Shown here: piece after piece, positions 52,505 to 64,000 of the stretch
How the letters are laid out: each line of letters begins with the position of its first letter
Position numbering within the stretch: the first letter of the stretch is position 1
Assembly (NCBI GenBank): GCA_040285745.1
Contig: JAUFOR010000008.1
Coordinates: forward strand, 1,550,001-1,614,000
Reading direction: 5' to 3'
Source of the DNA: Barthelona sp. PCE
Taxonomy: Eukaryota
DNA: 64,000 bases
Program-made: the position numbers and the translations under genes
The notes under the pieces: model-generated
The model's input: only the letters and a program-made list of their open reading frames with translations
Told to the model about the DNA's origin: nothing
The model's database searches: none

Positions 52505-52577
52505 ACCAACGTGGCGGAATGGCTAACGCGACAGTCTTAAGATCTGTTTTTCGCAGGTTCGATTCCTGTCGTTGGTA
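52505..52577 (+). tRNA. tRNA-Leu(UAA), atypical (5-nt variable loop)
   Basis: ACCAACG/CGTTGGT+A; D loop with GG; ACAGT-CTTAAGA-TCTGT; GCAGG-TTCGATT-CCTGT; T-run downstream. Confidence 0.85.
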
Positions 52578-52658
52578 CTTTTTTTCCTCTTCTTTTTTCC
52601 CACAACTCAACCAACAAACAACAACAAAAACATCAATCAATCAAAAGCCAAAAATGAA

Positions 52659-52730
52659 TATCCTAGGTAAGAATCGAACTCACGACCTTTTGATTAGAAG
52701 TCAAATACACTTCCGCTGTGTTACTAGGAC
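52659..52730 (-). tRNA. tRNA-Arg(UCU)
   Basis: GTCCTAG/CTAGGAT; TTTGA-CTTCTAA-TCAAA; GTTCGATT. Confidence 0.93.
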
Positions 52731-52809
52731 AACAATATCGGAAATCATCAACAAGAAGAAAGGTAATTAGCTAAATATACTATGATGTTGTTGAAAAAAG
52801 ATATCAAAA

Positions 52810-52881
52810 AGTGGTTACCGAGATTTGAACTCGGGACCCATAGATTTGCAATCTATTGCTCTACCCCTGAGCTATAACCAC
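52810..52881 (-). tRNA. tRNA-Cys(GCA)
   Basis: GTGGTTA/TAACCAC+T; ATAGA-TTGCAAA-TCTAT; GTTCAAAT. Confidence 0.95.
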
Positions 52882-52965
52882 TGCTACTGCCGGAAATTAC
52901 TCAATGAATACAACTAATGCTCATCTATATTCATTGTTTTCTAATGTTGGACAAAAACAATATAG

Positions 52966-53040
52966 CATCCCAACAGGGAATCGAACCCTGGACCCCATGA
53001 TTAAAAGTCATGTGCTACTACCAAACTGAGCTATTGAGAC
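52966..53040 (-). tRNA. tRNA-Lys(UUU)
   Basis: GTCTCAA/TTGGGAT+G; CATGA-CTTTTAA-TCATG; one extra T in the D arm (TAGTAGC). Confidence 0.92.
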
Positions 53041-53112
53041 ATATCGGAAAACAACAATACATTTAATTAAAACTTTATAATTTTTGAACGTCTCTGCTTT
53101 AATTGTCAAAAA

Positions 53113-53183
53113 TACACCCGGGGGGAATCGAACCCCCGGCACATGGATGGCAACCATGAGTTTTACCACTAAACTACAGGCGT
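53113..53183 (-). tRNA. tRNA-Gly(GCC)
   Basis: ACGCCTG/CGGGTGT+A; CATGG-TTGCCAT-CCATG; GGGGG-TTCGATT-CCCCC. Confidence 0.93.
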
Positions 53184-53268
53184 ATGTTTGTACGGAAAAT
53201 TAACTAAAATATTTTAAATTGACATACATATTGATACAATTATTTGTGTTGGTCAAAAATTGTTAGTT

Positions 53269-53340
53269 GGTCCCAACTGGGAATTGAACCCAGGACCTTT
53301 CCCACCCTAAGGGAACGAGATACCACTACACCATTGGGAC
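53269..53340 (-). tRNA. tRNA-Pro(AGG)
   Basis: GTCCCAA/TTGGGAC+C; TTCCC-TTAGGGT-GGGAA; GTTCAATT. Confidence 0.93.
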
Positions 53341-53606
53341 GCTTTGACTAAAGCGGAAATTTTGCATCATTTATTTTAAGATTCCTAATAATAGACCTAA
53401 AAAACTTGCGTAAGCGGGTTCTCGATTTCCTGTGGGTAGATTTGAATTTTAATTCCTTTAATGATACTTTTATGGGGTGTTAATATGAAATTTGATGAAT
53501 TTTAAAATCCAATTGAAAAAAAGGAAAAAAATGTATATTGGATAGATAGAGCTTTAATATTTGTTATTTTATGATAAAAATTCCATATAATACTGATAAA
53601 TTGTGT

Positions 53607-53844
53607 AAAAATTTATACTGAAGTAGGTTTATTGACGTCGGGGAACGCTCACGTGGGAAGGCTCGCCTTCACGTGTAGAGGGTGTTTCGTCCGGGAAGTG
53701 GCCTAAAACCCTTTTTTTTTGAAAAAGGTAAGAAAAACCGTATCGGGTCCTACGGACACCTACTACACATGACGGTTCGCTTCGTCCCCCTCCGCTGTTT
53801 ACTACCTCAAGTATAAAGTCTGAAGGCTAGCGCCTGTATGTCAC
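53607..53844 (-). ncRNA. Unidentified ~240-nt rod-shaped structured RNA candidate
   Basis: GC-rich island in AT-rich DNA; five nested long-range helices with G-U pairs only on the minus strand; TTTTCG upstream and T5 downstream. Confidence 0.6.
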
Positions 53845-54058
53845 CGAAAATTTAAAAATGGGTATAACAGCAAAACAAAAAATTATCATGTGTTGAGCGG
53901 AATAGCTTTGCTATACAGGGAAATACCAACCCGAGCAGACCTTATTCTGGTTTTCTGATTCTAATTCAATGTCTATGTTATTCATAGAAGGATAATGTTT
54001 ACAGTATGACAGATGACCCTTCTTATAAAAATATTTTTTTTATTCAAATTTTTTGTGT

Positions 54059-55987
54059 TTATTCAAAGCTATCAAAGGAAGAGAATAAGTATGTTATGTC
54101 ACAGGATGAAAGGAAATCAATGACATTAAATCTGTTGCACTTATTTATATACCTTTTTTCATTTGAGTCAAACTGTAAAATGTTCATCTCAATAACGTAA
54201 GTATTAATGTATATGTAAGCAACAGCAATACCCCGTTTAGGTGAGTGCAATTCAGCCCTAGGTGAGATGGGAAAAGTTTCAAAAATTCCATTAGCATCAT
54301 AGTGATAAATATTCTTCCCAAAAATTAGTACACCAATGTCAATAAAACAAGCCCTAGCGTTATAATTAGAAGGAATTTGAAACGTATCAAGAAGAAATTC
54401 CTCTGGATCAAACCTGAAAATATAACAAGAATACCGAGTAAAGACAACACACTCATACTCATCGCATGCGTATGGGTTAGCAACAAGTTCATAATCTTCA
54501 ATCCCATCTTTAATAATGTGTTCAACTCCTGTAGTTATTCTTCCTGTATGCTCATCTAGGATGAACATTGTGACCTTTTTCTTTTGATTAACCAAGAAAA
54601 TGCAATTACCAACCAATTTATGGCTTATGTATGCATCAATAATGTATTCCCTCCCGTTGACCGTAACCATCTTACTTTCGGGTGTGCAATTGTGATTGTA
54701 TCCGACAACGCAGTGTTTGCCATTATATTCAATTTTTGGGGAAATGAGCTGTTCTACGTGTCTATAAACCTCAATTCCTCCAATATAAAAGAAAAAGGTG
54801 TCATAGTTTATAGTTACAAAGATAATGCGCCATTGTTCAGCTGCAAGATCAAAAAATCGAACAATATTAAAGAGGGTGTGGTCTTTGTAATCTGGTGAAG
54901 GAGTTAACAGAATAGCCGAGTTGTTATAGTAGTCAGGGATGATAGGGAACTCCTTCAGCATGGTCATATTGATACTGTATGTTAAAGGTACGTTTGAGAT
55001 GCCTAACAAAAACATGCACTTGTACTCTTGCTTTCGTACTTGATAGAAGTTTGTTCTCCCTGTACGTCTATCGTACACGGTGCAATAGATCTCACCATCG
55101 AGCAAAACGTAATACCAGTCTGAAGAAAAAGTAAGCCTGGATTCACTTGGAGAATCGGGACTAGTGATGACTGTGTTGAAGATTTGGACAAACTTAGATC
55201 CCCTTGGTATGCTCATTTTCTGAAGATTCTTCAAGTATATTGTGACAAATTTTTTTTTCACTGTCGAAATTTGGTAGAGCTCTCCACATTCTTCAAATAT
55301 TGCATGGTTGTTACCCAAAGATAGGTCTAGAGCATATACGTTCTGACATAACTGCAACGGAATGTTGGAAATAAGTTGAGGTATGTTGTTGTGAAACTTG
55401 ATCATGAAGCTAATCATATTATCTCCCTCAAAAAGAGTATAAGGAACTCCATCTTGGACAAAACAATGCAAACGCTTGTATGATTGACGTAACGTGACTC
55501 TAAACACATTTGAATCAGTTTCAATATCATCAATTAAAAGTGAAACTTTTGGTTTCCAGTATTCTAAGCAGCTTAAAATGTTTTTTTGCTTAACTTCTTG
55601 AACCTTCATGTGCAATACAAACCGTCTGTTTAAGAAAAAACAGTCAGGAAACTTATATAAATCTACAGTTAAAAAATAGCGGTTTAAAAACGTAAACACA
55701 CCATTGCTAAATATAAAGAGCTCTACAACTGAATCTTTGCTTGGTAAACGGGATGTACGATGAAAAATGAACGGTTCAAGTAATGTAGGTTTCAGCATTG
55801 AAAATTCTTCAATGTTGGGTGGGAGTGATTCATCAATAGGCGGATCACGAATAAGTGTATGCACCTCCCTATCAATAAAACATAGCTTTCTGTTGTTTGC
55901 AGTTTCATCTGTAGAAACAAGAACCAAATTTTCATTTAAACGTGTAATAGATAAGCCCTGGGATACTATAGCTTTAATACGTGGCAT
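54059..55987 (-). CDS. Hypothetical beta-rich protein (probably lineage-specific)
   Basis: About 640-aa ORF from ATG 55987; no recognised motif. Confidence 0.65.
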   Translation of the reverse strand: MPRIKAIVSQGLSITRLNENLVLVSTDETANNRKLCFIDREVHTLIRDPPIDESLPPNIEEFSMLKPTLLEPFIFHRTSRLPSKDSVVELFIFSNGVFTFLNRYFLTVDLYKFPDCFFLNRRFVLHMKVQEVKQKNILSCLEYWKPKVSLLIDDIETDSNVFRVTLRQSYKRLHCFVQDGVPYTLFEGDNMISFMIKFHNNIPQLISNIPLQLCQNVYALDLSLGNNHAIFEECGELYQISTVKKKFVTIYLKNLQKMSIPRGSKFVQIFNTVITSPDSPSESRLTFSSDWYYVLLDGEIYCTVYDRRTGRTNFYQVRKQEYKCMFLLGISNVPLTYSINMTMLKEFPIIPDYYNNSAILLTPSPDYKDHTLFNIVRFFDLAAEQWRIIFVTINYDTFFFYIGGIEVYRHVEQLISPKIEYNGKHCVVGYNHNCTPESKMVTVNGREYIIDAYISHKLVGNCIFLVNQKKKVTMFILDEHTGRITTGVEHIIKDGIEDYELVANPYACDEYECVVFTRYSCYIFRFDPEEFLLDTFQIPSNYNARACFIDIGVLIFGKNIYHYDANGIFETFPISPRAELHSPKRGIAVAYIYINTYVIEMNILQFDSNEKRYINKCNRFNVIDFLSSCDITYLFSSFDSFE

Positions 55988-56647
55988 AAAATGCAATAAT
56001 AAAAAGCCCTTCTAACCTAAAAAAGTGAAAAAGGTGATAAAAGTAAAAACATGGTCCAATTTTGTTGTTTATTTTGGAGCAATTATTGCATTTTTTTCAT
56101 GTTAATTAGCTATTTTCAGACACAAATTTTTGTATTTGACTTGAATATACCCTTAATAGGTTCAACCTTTAGCAGTAGATCTTGAGGTTTTTGTATCTGA
56201 AAATTGCACTAAATCAATCATTTTCCTATGATATGAGATGTTCATAAAGCGCATGATATTGATATGTCCGGTGTAATTGAGTATTTCTAATTATTATTAC
56301 TCTAAACTATCGTTAAAATTGGTGCAAAAACTGAAGTAATTCAGTTTTTAATATCCTTCTTTTGTTTTGCTGTAATATTGGTCAAGTATTATGCGTGCCA
56401 ATCGCAATTTCAAAATTAAGCAGATAGATTGTCAAAGAAAGATTCTCTTTGTGCAGGGGAAAACTGTTTTTGGTTTACTTATTTCCACGCTAGTGAGACA
56501 TGCAAACCGGTGTATACTTAATGATTAACCTGCGAACGACCACTAGATAAGTAACTATATATCCACTTGCTTGCTATTTATATTCTTTCCTTTTCTTTTT
56601 ATTTTCCGCAAGTTTTGCTTTAACTTTCGCAAATAGTGTACTCAAAC

Positions 56648-59701
<3,054 letters not shown>

Positions 59702-59732
59702 ATCAGTGTTTTTTGTTTTTCTTCCCTTTTCC

Positions 59733-60674
59733 ATGATTTCAATCGATCAAGGGCGAACAAAGGAGGAGGAGGTCGACAAGTCCGTGTACTGGGGGTTACC
59801 AAGTCATGTGACAACAGATATGCAGCACTTACAGTTCATCACAAAAAGAATTTCGCGGACAATGAAAGCGCCTAAATTACAACGCACTATGGAGAGCATG
59901 TCATTCGAGTACAAACAGGACACACTGTTTGCGACAGATGCACAAGGTAATTCATTTCTTCCCAGCGCTGTCGAGCCTGTGTTTGTTCTCGTTCGTGTAG
60001 AGAACGCCACAGGGTCCACATATCACATGGTTCCTTCAACCACACTTAAAATGGGGCTACTACCAAAGAAAATTACAGAAGACGAATTGGAAGAGACAAT
60101 TCACAAAGTCAATACTACAATTAATCATCGGGAGGAGACAGCCTTTATTCCCAAGTTCCTGCGCCCCTTAAACGAGGAGTACAGGACAGAGACGTACTTA
60201 CAGGAAGATACAGGAGCGAAAGGGGAAGAGTTTGATTTTGAAGCAACTTATTCTGATGATGATGAGGCAGGAGAGATTGGAGAAATATATTTAAATAACG
60301 AATTTAGTGATTTTGAGGAGGAGGATGAGAAGGAAGAACCAACAATGAGTGTTAGACAGTTGAAACGTAAGAGACAAGCTAATGTTTTAGAACGGAAGCC
60401 TGTCCAGAAAATGGAGCCAAAGATGAAAGTACAGGCGATTTCAACAGGTGCAGTGCCACGTAGTGCATTGCAGGAGCTGGATGCAAACCTTACATTGTTG
60501 TTAAGAGCGGGATCAAAGAAAATTAAAGAGCTCAGTACGAATCCTACCATACAAGAATCAATTGCAAAGATTAATGAGACCTCAAAGAAGCCATTTAGGT
60601 TACTTAAACATCTTAAAAGTTCACCTTTGTTTAGACAAACAAACAAGAGAACAAAGTGGTGTCTGGCAAAGTAA
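59733..60674 (+). CDS. Probable TFIIF large subunit (RAP74/Tfg1-like)
   Basis: GEEFDFEATYSDDDE acidic motif, preceding beta region, C-terminal winged-helix-like region. Confidence 0.5.
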   Translation: MISIDQGRTKEEEVDKSVYWGLPSHVTTDMQHLQFITKRISRTMKAPKLQRTMESMSFEYKQDTLFATDAQGNSFLPSAVEPVFVLVRVENATGSTYHMVPSTTLKMGLLPKKITEDELEETIHKVNTTINHREETAFIPKFLRPLNEEYRTETYLQEDTGAKGEEFDFEATYSDDDEAGEIGEIYLNNEFSDFEEEDEKEEPTMSVRQLKRKRQANVLERKPVQKMEPKMKVQAISTGAVPRSALQELDANLTLLLRAGSKKIKELSTNPTIQESIAKINETSKKPFRLLKHLKSSPLFRQTNKRTKWCLAK

Positions 60675-60700
60675 ATACTGTTTTTTAACTTTTTACATTT

Positions 60701-62014
60701 ATGGAAGGGGTGAATCATGACGAGGAATCCGTGTCTGATGAGATTGAAGTAACGAAATATGGTGAGGATTGGGTTTTTCCTGAGGTTGTACTTGAAAACT
60801 CTCCATTACGATTAAATGGGTTGACAGGTGAAGAGGAGCTGCTGTATTTGCGTCTCACAGTCAATTTTGTACATTCTCTTGGGTCATTGAGGGATTCTTC
60901 TGTTGTTAACATTGCCCGTGCTTGTCTTTTGGCGCAGCGGTACTTTATGCTGCACCCTTTCGAGTACGTGGCGATCGAGAACGTGGAAGAAGACGATAAT
61001 AGAAAGATTGAGTGCCTTGCCGTAGCTATGGCCGCGTTACACATTATTTGGCGTCTAGAGGAGTATCCAATTGGTGCTAGCAGCATAGATAAAGGATTCT
61101 TGACGTACTATTTGATGCACATATTTGGAAAGAAGTCAGAAAAAATTCCCAAACTTTCAGAGTCAACAACTTTCCATGATGTCGAGGAACATATGTCCAT
61201 GCCTGAGGTGAAAATAGTATATACAGCGTCACAACACATTGAAATAAGGCTTATGATTCTTATGAATGGACACTGCTCCTTGCTGCTACCCCATTTTATA
61301 ATCTTCAATTTTGTAGGACTGTTTGGCATCAGTGTCTTTTCGAATACACTCACATGGGTGTGCCTATTCCTACAACAGGCATTTTACTCTAGGTTGTATT
61401 TGAAGCACTCAATCGTCGACATTGCTTGTTCAGCATTGTATGCAAGCCGAATCGACATCAGGGCGTTCCCTTCAAGTCTTTCTCACATTGTAACGGAGGA
61501 TATCAAACCAATGGAGTGGTACATGCTTTTTGGAACCTCGATCGAGACGATTCAGGAGATCATTGGTGAGGTTATGGCTTTACCACGTGAGTACCAGCTA
61601 GTTGACGCCCCACCTGCCCAGTTTTACGATCCAGACGCACGTAGACGGCGGAAACAACATGATAGGGAGAGAAAACATACGACAGGGAGGAAACACAGAC
61701 AACCAAGCCATCAGAACAAGTTCCAGCCACCTGTGAAGCAGCAGAGAGTTATGTATCCACCACCACCGGGGCTTCCTAACCATTTCAGGCATGCACCACC
61801 ACCACCACCACAAGGTATGACACCTCAGTACCAACCCAGAGTACACATGGCGCCTCACATGGCGCAAAGGCCGCATCACATGGCACAGGGACCGCTACCA
61901 CACGTAGTACAACAACCACCGCACATCCACCACCAGGCACAGCACACACAGCCTCCGATGCTTTACACACAACAACATCAGCAGTTCCCACCAGCCTATT
62001 CCCGAAGATACTAA
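60701..62014 (+). CDS. Transcriptional cyclin (cyclin L/K/T-like) with Pro/Gln/His-rich tail
   Basis: ACLLAQRYF, VAMAALHIIWRLEE, LPHFII, IACSALY, WYMLFG. Confidence 0.75.
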   Translation: MEGVNHDEESVSDEIEVTKYGEDWVFPEVVLENSPLRLNGLTGEEELLYLRLTVNFVHSLGSLRDSSVVNIARACLLAQRYFMLHPFEYVAIENVEEDDNRKIECLAVAMAALHIIWRLEEYPIGASSIDKGFLTYYLMHIFGKKSEKIPKLSESTTFHDVEEHMSMPEVKIVYTASQHIEIRLMILMNGHCSLLLPHFIIFNFVGLFGISVFSNTLTWVCLFLQQAFYSRLYLKHSIVDIACSALYASRIDIRAFPSSLSHIVTEDIKPMEWYMLFGTSIETIQEIIGEVMALPREYQLVDAPPAQFYDPDARRRRKQHDRERKHTTGRKHRQPSHQNKFQPPVKQQRVMYPPPPGLPNHFRHAPPPPPQGMTPQYQPRVHMAPHMAQRPHHMAQGPLPHVVQQPPHIHHQAQHTQPPMLYTQQHQQFPPAYSRRY

Positions 62015-62021
62015 CGTCTAT

Positions 62022-62708
62022 TTATTCTTTTTTCCTTCCGAATGAGCGCACCATTTCAAGGTAATGCAACGTTAATTTCTGTGATTCTTGTGTTAAGTGC
62101 CTCATGTACTCGTTGAAAAAATCCTGGAACAATTCTGCATCGGCGGAATGCACACTAGTAAATGCCCTCTGGAGCACATACAGATCCATGGCTTTGTCTT
62201 TGTGATTAACCGTCATGAAGCTCAATCCAAAGTCTATTACGGAAAGTTGCTCGTTCTCACTGTTCCACATCATGTTGAGTGTCGTCAAATCACCGTGAAT
62301 GAGCTCATTGTTATGGAGTCGGGCAATGGAATCTGCCATCTTACACAATATGATACTTCTTTGCTCAGGTATATTGAAAAGTGCTTCTTTCACAGTTATT
62401 CCGTCAATCTTGCTCATGACTATATGTGTGGGTGGAATTACAGCTAGTACACTGGGTGTATTCACACCATATGTACTGGCTCTGAATAAATTTTTCACTT
62501 CCCTAATGTTTCTGGTTTCAAGAATACTCCGATCAAGCTCTGGGACACGATATGTCTTCGAGAATCGTTCCTTAACGATGACATCCTGTCCTTGATAGAT
62601 TCCTGAGTAGATACATCCTTCTGCTCCCTGACTGATAAGTTCAAAGTCATGTGAACTTCCCCTTTGGATGATTCCAATATCGTACTGTGGCATTTTTTTC
62701 TTTCCCAT
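62022..62708 (-). CDS. BUD32: KEOPS kinase Bud32/PRPK
   Basis: SQGAEG, KERFSKTYRVPELD, HGDLTT.N, IDFGLS, KAMDLYVL, GRK tail. Confidence 0.95.
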   Translation of the reverse strand: MGKKKMPQYDIGIIQRGSSHDFELISQGAEGCIYSGIYQGQDVIVKERFSKTYRVPELDRSILETRNIREVKNLFRASTYGVNTPSVLAVIPPTHIVMSKIDGITVKEALFNIPEQRSIILCKMADSIARLHNNELIHGDLTTLNMMWNSENEQLSVIDFGLSFMTVNHKDKAMDLYVLQRAFTSVHSADAELFQDFFNEYMRHLTQESQKLTLHYLEMVRSFGRKKE

Positions 62709-62749
62709 TGTGAAATAATGCAAAAAAATATTTACACTTGTTCATAGTC

Positions 62750-63469
62750 TTAATCTAAATCTGTGTCATCTTCTTCATCAGAATTACCCGTACGCCACGT
62801 GTTTAGCTCCTCAACTTCTTTTGAAGCTTCCATATTCTGTAAATTGCGTTTTTTTATCCGCTGGGTCTCCATAAATGTATTTAATTGATTATCCCATTTC
62901 TCTAGGTTCTTGTGGAGTTCCTGATCCTTCTTTCTGATCGATTTTGAAAACTCTACAATACCAAACGAACTAGGCATTTTGTCCTTTTTGTAAAAATCTT
63001 GTGAATATTCAACCTGCTTGTAGCTTTTGTCTCCTGTTTCTGTCAGCTTCTCAAACCCCCTACCCTTGCGTGTCATCTCTTTTTCAAGATTCTTATAGCG
63101 TATTGAAGGATCTATATTGTGTGTAATGTGTCTCCTCTCAACATGATCGAATATGTATGTGTCTTTGCAATGTTTTTGTTCATAATGCCTCCGCTCAGGC
63201 AAACGGAACTGCTTTGCTGAGGGGGGTTGAATGCACTTCTTGGCTGGTCGAGAAGTTTGTGGAGGAAAAGAAAGTTTAATGGGTCTCTTTCCTGGTTTTG
63301 CACCAAACTGCATGGTTTCCGACCTTCTTTCTGTGAAATACTTCCTCCCACTAGGTTTGGCAGGCTCTAACTGTAAAGTAGGCCTCTTACTGTCTTGAAA
63401 ATGACGTTTTTGTCTTATATTAAATGTTACAGGCTGCGTTCCCGCTATAGGCGGCAACGTTAACGACAT
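62750..63469 (-). CDS. Basic protein, possibly SPATS1-like
   Basis: GDKSYKQVEYSQDFYK and C-terminal EVEELNTW resemble SPATS1-family motifs as I recall them. Confidence 0.5.
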   Translation of the reverse strand: MSLTLPPIAGTQPVTFNIRQKRHFQDSKRPTLQLEPAKPSGRKYFTERRSETMQFGAKPGKRPIKLSFPPQTSRPAKKCIQPPSAKQFRLPERRHYEQKHCKDTYIFDHVERRHITHNIDPSIRYKNLEKEMTRKGRGFEKLTETGDKSYKQVEYSQDFYKKDKMPSSFGIVEFSKSIRKKDQELHKNLEKWDNQLNTFMETQRIKKRNLQNMEASKEVEELNTWRTGNSDEEDDTDLD

Positions 63470-63549
63470 TTACGAGGTTCAAAACTTTGTAAAGGAGGTG
63501 AATAATCTTTTTACACCCATTTCAACATTTAAAGGACTTCTGAAGCCAG

Positions 63550-64000
63550 ATGTTCCTAAAAATCTTTGCAAAACCCAATTCTGAGGCGCTAGTGGTGGAT
63601 TTGAATGAGAATTCAACACTACTTGCGAATTCAAACTTATTTTCAAGCATATTCGAGCAGTTTGTAGATACCGCAGAGGAGGAAGACAGGCATTTGGACA
63701 TTGTTCTGAGCGAATTTTTTGATGATAGCGACACAGCGCTGACTTTTTTCACACCTGGCGCATTTGAACGTTTGTCTTTATTTTTGGAGAATATTGATTA
63801 TCTGCAGGAATATGTCGATTGCAGAAGCACGATTCTGAGTCTTCGTGAAGACTTTGAGGTTGGTGTTAACGAACTGAAAATGAACTTGCTCAAGGAAGAT
63901 GAAAAACTCGTTAAAAATCTTCAATCGAAGCTCGAGAAGCATGTAATATTGACAACCAAGTGTCTTAAGAACGAAACAGAGCGTCTAAACCAGGCATTGA
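63550..64000 (+). CDS. Partial CDS running off the window end; hypothetical helical protein
   Basis: Not in the ORF track. Open from ATG 63550 (MFLKIFAKPNSEALVVDL...) to the window end. Confidence 0.65.
   Translation, partial: MFLKIFAKPNSEALVVDLNENSTLLANSNLFSSIFEQFVDTAEEEDRHLDIVLSEFFDDSDTALTFFTPGAFERLSLFLENIDYLQEYVDCRSTILSLREDFEVGVNELKMNLLKEDEKLVKNLQSKLEKHVILTTKCLKNETERLNQAL

Noticed and set aside
53385-53440. tRNA T-arm-like fragment GCGGGTTCTCGATTTCCTGT
   Set aside because: The loop is too long and there is no acceptor or D arm; at most a decayed remnant.
53702-53712. CCTAAAACCCT as a telomerase template for TTTTAGGG
   Set aside because: It lies on the plus strand while the G-U pairing evidence favours minus, it is base-paired in the model, and the telomere repeat is unknown.
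53681-53760. Hammerhead-like pieces in the rod (GGUGUC...GGACGAAACACC)
   Set aside because: The catalytic CUGANGA core is absent.

Overview
This is a very compact, intron-poor eukaryotic nuclear genome segment using the standard code. It holds about 45 protein genes, with intergenic gaps often only 25-130 nt and some overlapping 3' ends. The introns have the branch point fused to the 3' splice site, and flagellar-type genes are present, which points to a metamonad-like flagellate (inference). Recognisable genes are: a deoxynucleoside kinase, RPL26, a 2H phosphoesterase, POP5, ARL2, SGT1, REV3, TBCCD1, E2F, RPAP3, an ISWI remodeler, phosphatidylserine synthase, RPS11 (468-nt intron), RPS24, EB1, GalE, TTC29, a DBP5-like helicase, NAGK, an FHA-RING ligase, two permuted NlpC/P60 paralogs, a membrane-anchored papain-family protease, RUVBL2 (43-nt intron), a TFIIF-alpha-like protein, a transcriptional cyclin and BUD32. 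The most interesting part is the RNA island at 52.5-54.0 kb. It carries six tRNAs sharing an upstream TTTCCG motif, including a tRNA-Leu(UAA) with no long variable arm and a tRNA-Gly with the G3:U70 alanine determinant. Next to them is an unidentified ~240-nt rod-shaped RNA candidate, with a partly complementary element 3.7 kb away. Also notable are a highly folded RPS11 intron with four UCCCC-loop hairpins and a REV3 catalytic motif reading YGATDS. All structures and family calls were made by eye; no searches or folding programs were run.
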